Part shown: piece by piece, positions 61,469 to 64,000 of the stretch
Layout: the number at the start of each line of letters is the position of its first letter
How positions within the stretch are numbered: the first letter of the stretch is position 1
Source: Eledone cirrhosa
Taxonomy: Eukaryota
Assembly (NCBI GenBank): GCA_964016885.1
Contig: OZ024765.1
Location: 434,001-498,000 of the forward strand
Reading direction: 5' to 3'
Length of the DNA: 64,000 nucleotides
Notes under the pieces: generated by a model
The model's input: only the letters and a program-made list of their open reading frames with translations
Databases searched by the model: none
What the model was told of the DNA's origin: nothing
Made by a program: the position numbers and the translations under genes

Positions 61469-61482
61469 GTATACATATACAT

Positions 61483-61551
<69 letters not shown>

Positions 61552-62781
61552 ATCATAGTTTTTTTTCAGATTGAATCACTTTATTATTGCTTCATTCGTC
61601 TTCAAAAATATTATCACCATCATCATCATCATCATCCTTTCCACCTCCATCTACTCTTTCTCCTTCTCATCCCCTTCCGCCATCTTCATCTTCCATACAG
61701 CAACAACAACGACAACACATCACAGCATGTGGTGTATCCCCTCATTAACTACCTTCCTCTATAAATTATTTTCTACTACAATATTCCGAGCGAATAATTT
61801 TTAAGAATCACCAAGGAACCTTTCTTTGTATTTCTCATTCAATTTTCGTTATTTTCCTCTCCTTTTTCCTTCTTTTTCCTACTTTTTCTTTCTTTTATTT
61901 TCTTTTTCTTTATTTTCTATATTATTTTCCTTAAATTTATTGTTTTATATAATAATAATGTATATATATATATATATATATTATAAATGTTAACTACAGT
62001 ATTAGGAGTTTTTCATCCGTAGAAAATCATTAGGAGTTCTAGTCATGCAGATGTCATTTCTATATATAATATATACTTCCTCTTTGTTTATATATTGAGT
62101 ACCTTATATAACTGCTTATTACCCTATAAATGTCACGAAATGGTAGAGTCCTTAGAACTTCCGATAGATAGCTTTGTGTTATGCATTCTGGTTTTTTGTT
62201 CTTTGATTTCAAATAACACCGATGTCAATTTTGCCTTTCATCGATTTGAGATCGATAAAAAATATCCCTAATGTTATTTATAACTAATTAAATGAACTAA
62301 TTCAAACAAAAATAGCTAATCTAAAACAGACTAAAACCCTACAATGTATTCTATTAAAGATTATAAAAAAACACAGACAAATAAACACACACACGAAAGA
62401 AATACCAACACCTGAAAATTATCTTTAATTCTGACGAGTCCAGCAGGTGATATAGCACGTGGAACTTCTCCAGCAGCTATGATAGAATCTCAGCAAGAAC
62501 ACAATTGGTTATATCAACACAAAGGGGGTTATCAACGAAAGAGATAAACCCACAACAAAAGGTTTTTCTCCTGGACGTCTTCCAAGGTTTTTTACGACGT
62601 CGAAAAATTCGATTTAGAATCACCCGCCTGGCTTTGTTGTAAAAGAAAATATTACAATTGAATCAACATTGAATACCGTGGACGTTGTGTTATTGTGAAT
62701 AATTACTGAATTACGGAATTGTATACAATATCTGTTATACGCATGCGCAGTTAACCTAATGACCTATATAGTTATAAACCA

Positions 62782-62928
<147 letters not shown>

Positions 62929-63018
62929 GCAAGACTGAATGAGAAGGCTATCTCTGATATATACATACAGACACACACACATATTCGTGTATGTGTGTGT
63001 ATATATATATATATATAT

Positions 63019-63077
<59 letters not shown>

Positions 63078-63090
63078 GTTTGTGTGTGTA

Positions 63091-63266
<176 letters not shown>

Positions 63267-63308
63267 AAAACCATTTTGTTCAGCCGACCATGTTATTCTT
63301 CAAACTTG

Positions 63309-63367
<59 letters not shown>

Positions 63368-63530
63368 AACATGGAATTATATACTATACTTAACATGACA
63401 ACACTAACACAAAAATACCTTTCGTGTTGAAGAAGACACTCGTGACAATCCAGTTTACCAGTTTAGCAAAGTAACATATTTCATAGAGCAGTTGTTCCCC
63501 TTCAAATAAAAGTGTACATGTATGAGTACG

Positions 63531-63633
<103 letters not shown>

Positions 63634-63672
63634 TTATATGTATATATATTATCTTGAAACATTTATATATAG

Positions 63673-63703
<31 letters not shown>

Positions 63704-64000
63704 CAAAGACATATATATATATATATGTCTTCGTATGTGTGCGTGTGTGCACACACACATATATATATGCTTATAAGTTCTGCATTACACACATACACAC
63801 TCAGAACCACCCACGAATACATTCAACAACAAATAAAATGAACTCAATATTTGCATTCAATTGTATTATCTGACATGTATAAATAACACTTACTCCTTTC
63901 TCCAATAATAGCATAAAAGGTCGAATTAAACCATTTGATATCTTGTCAACCTTGACAGGGGGTGAATTGATTATGAAGCAAAGCGCGCAAATAATATCAG

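Noticed and set aside
62428-62470. CTGACGA-GTCCA...TGGA as an HHR (also CTGATGA at ~48401 minus and ~52959)
   Set aside because: No GAAA strand or cleavage triplet follows.

Overview
AT-rich eukaryotic non-coding DNA (intronic or intergenic). The SINE families and the extreme (TA)n density suggest an octopod cephalopod, which is an inference. No intact host gene is supported, and nearly all listed ORFs are microsatellite translations. The non-microsatellite islands are two tRNA-derived SINE families, RTE LINE 3' ends, Tc1 and mariner remnants, a 123-bp minisatellite and a decayed Penelope-like (PLE) retroelement coding remnant. The main signal is a set of short elements from at least 7-8 sequence-unrelated families, embedded in (TA)n tracts. 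Most carry type I hammerhead ribozyme (HHR) motifs, including minimal forms with palindromic stem III and U3-A8 compensatory cores. Many are head-to-head fold-back palindromes with arms of 40-250 bp, short or no loops, and one arm carrying an extra tail. This looks like a dense population of PLE-derived, (TA)n-associated ribozyme-hairpin mini-elements. There is also a separate ~450-bp inverted repeat built from two converging tRNA-like Pol III units. All HHR folds were assigned by eye and have not been computed.
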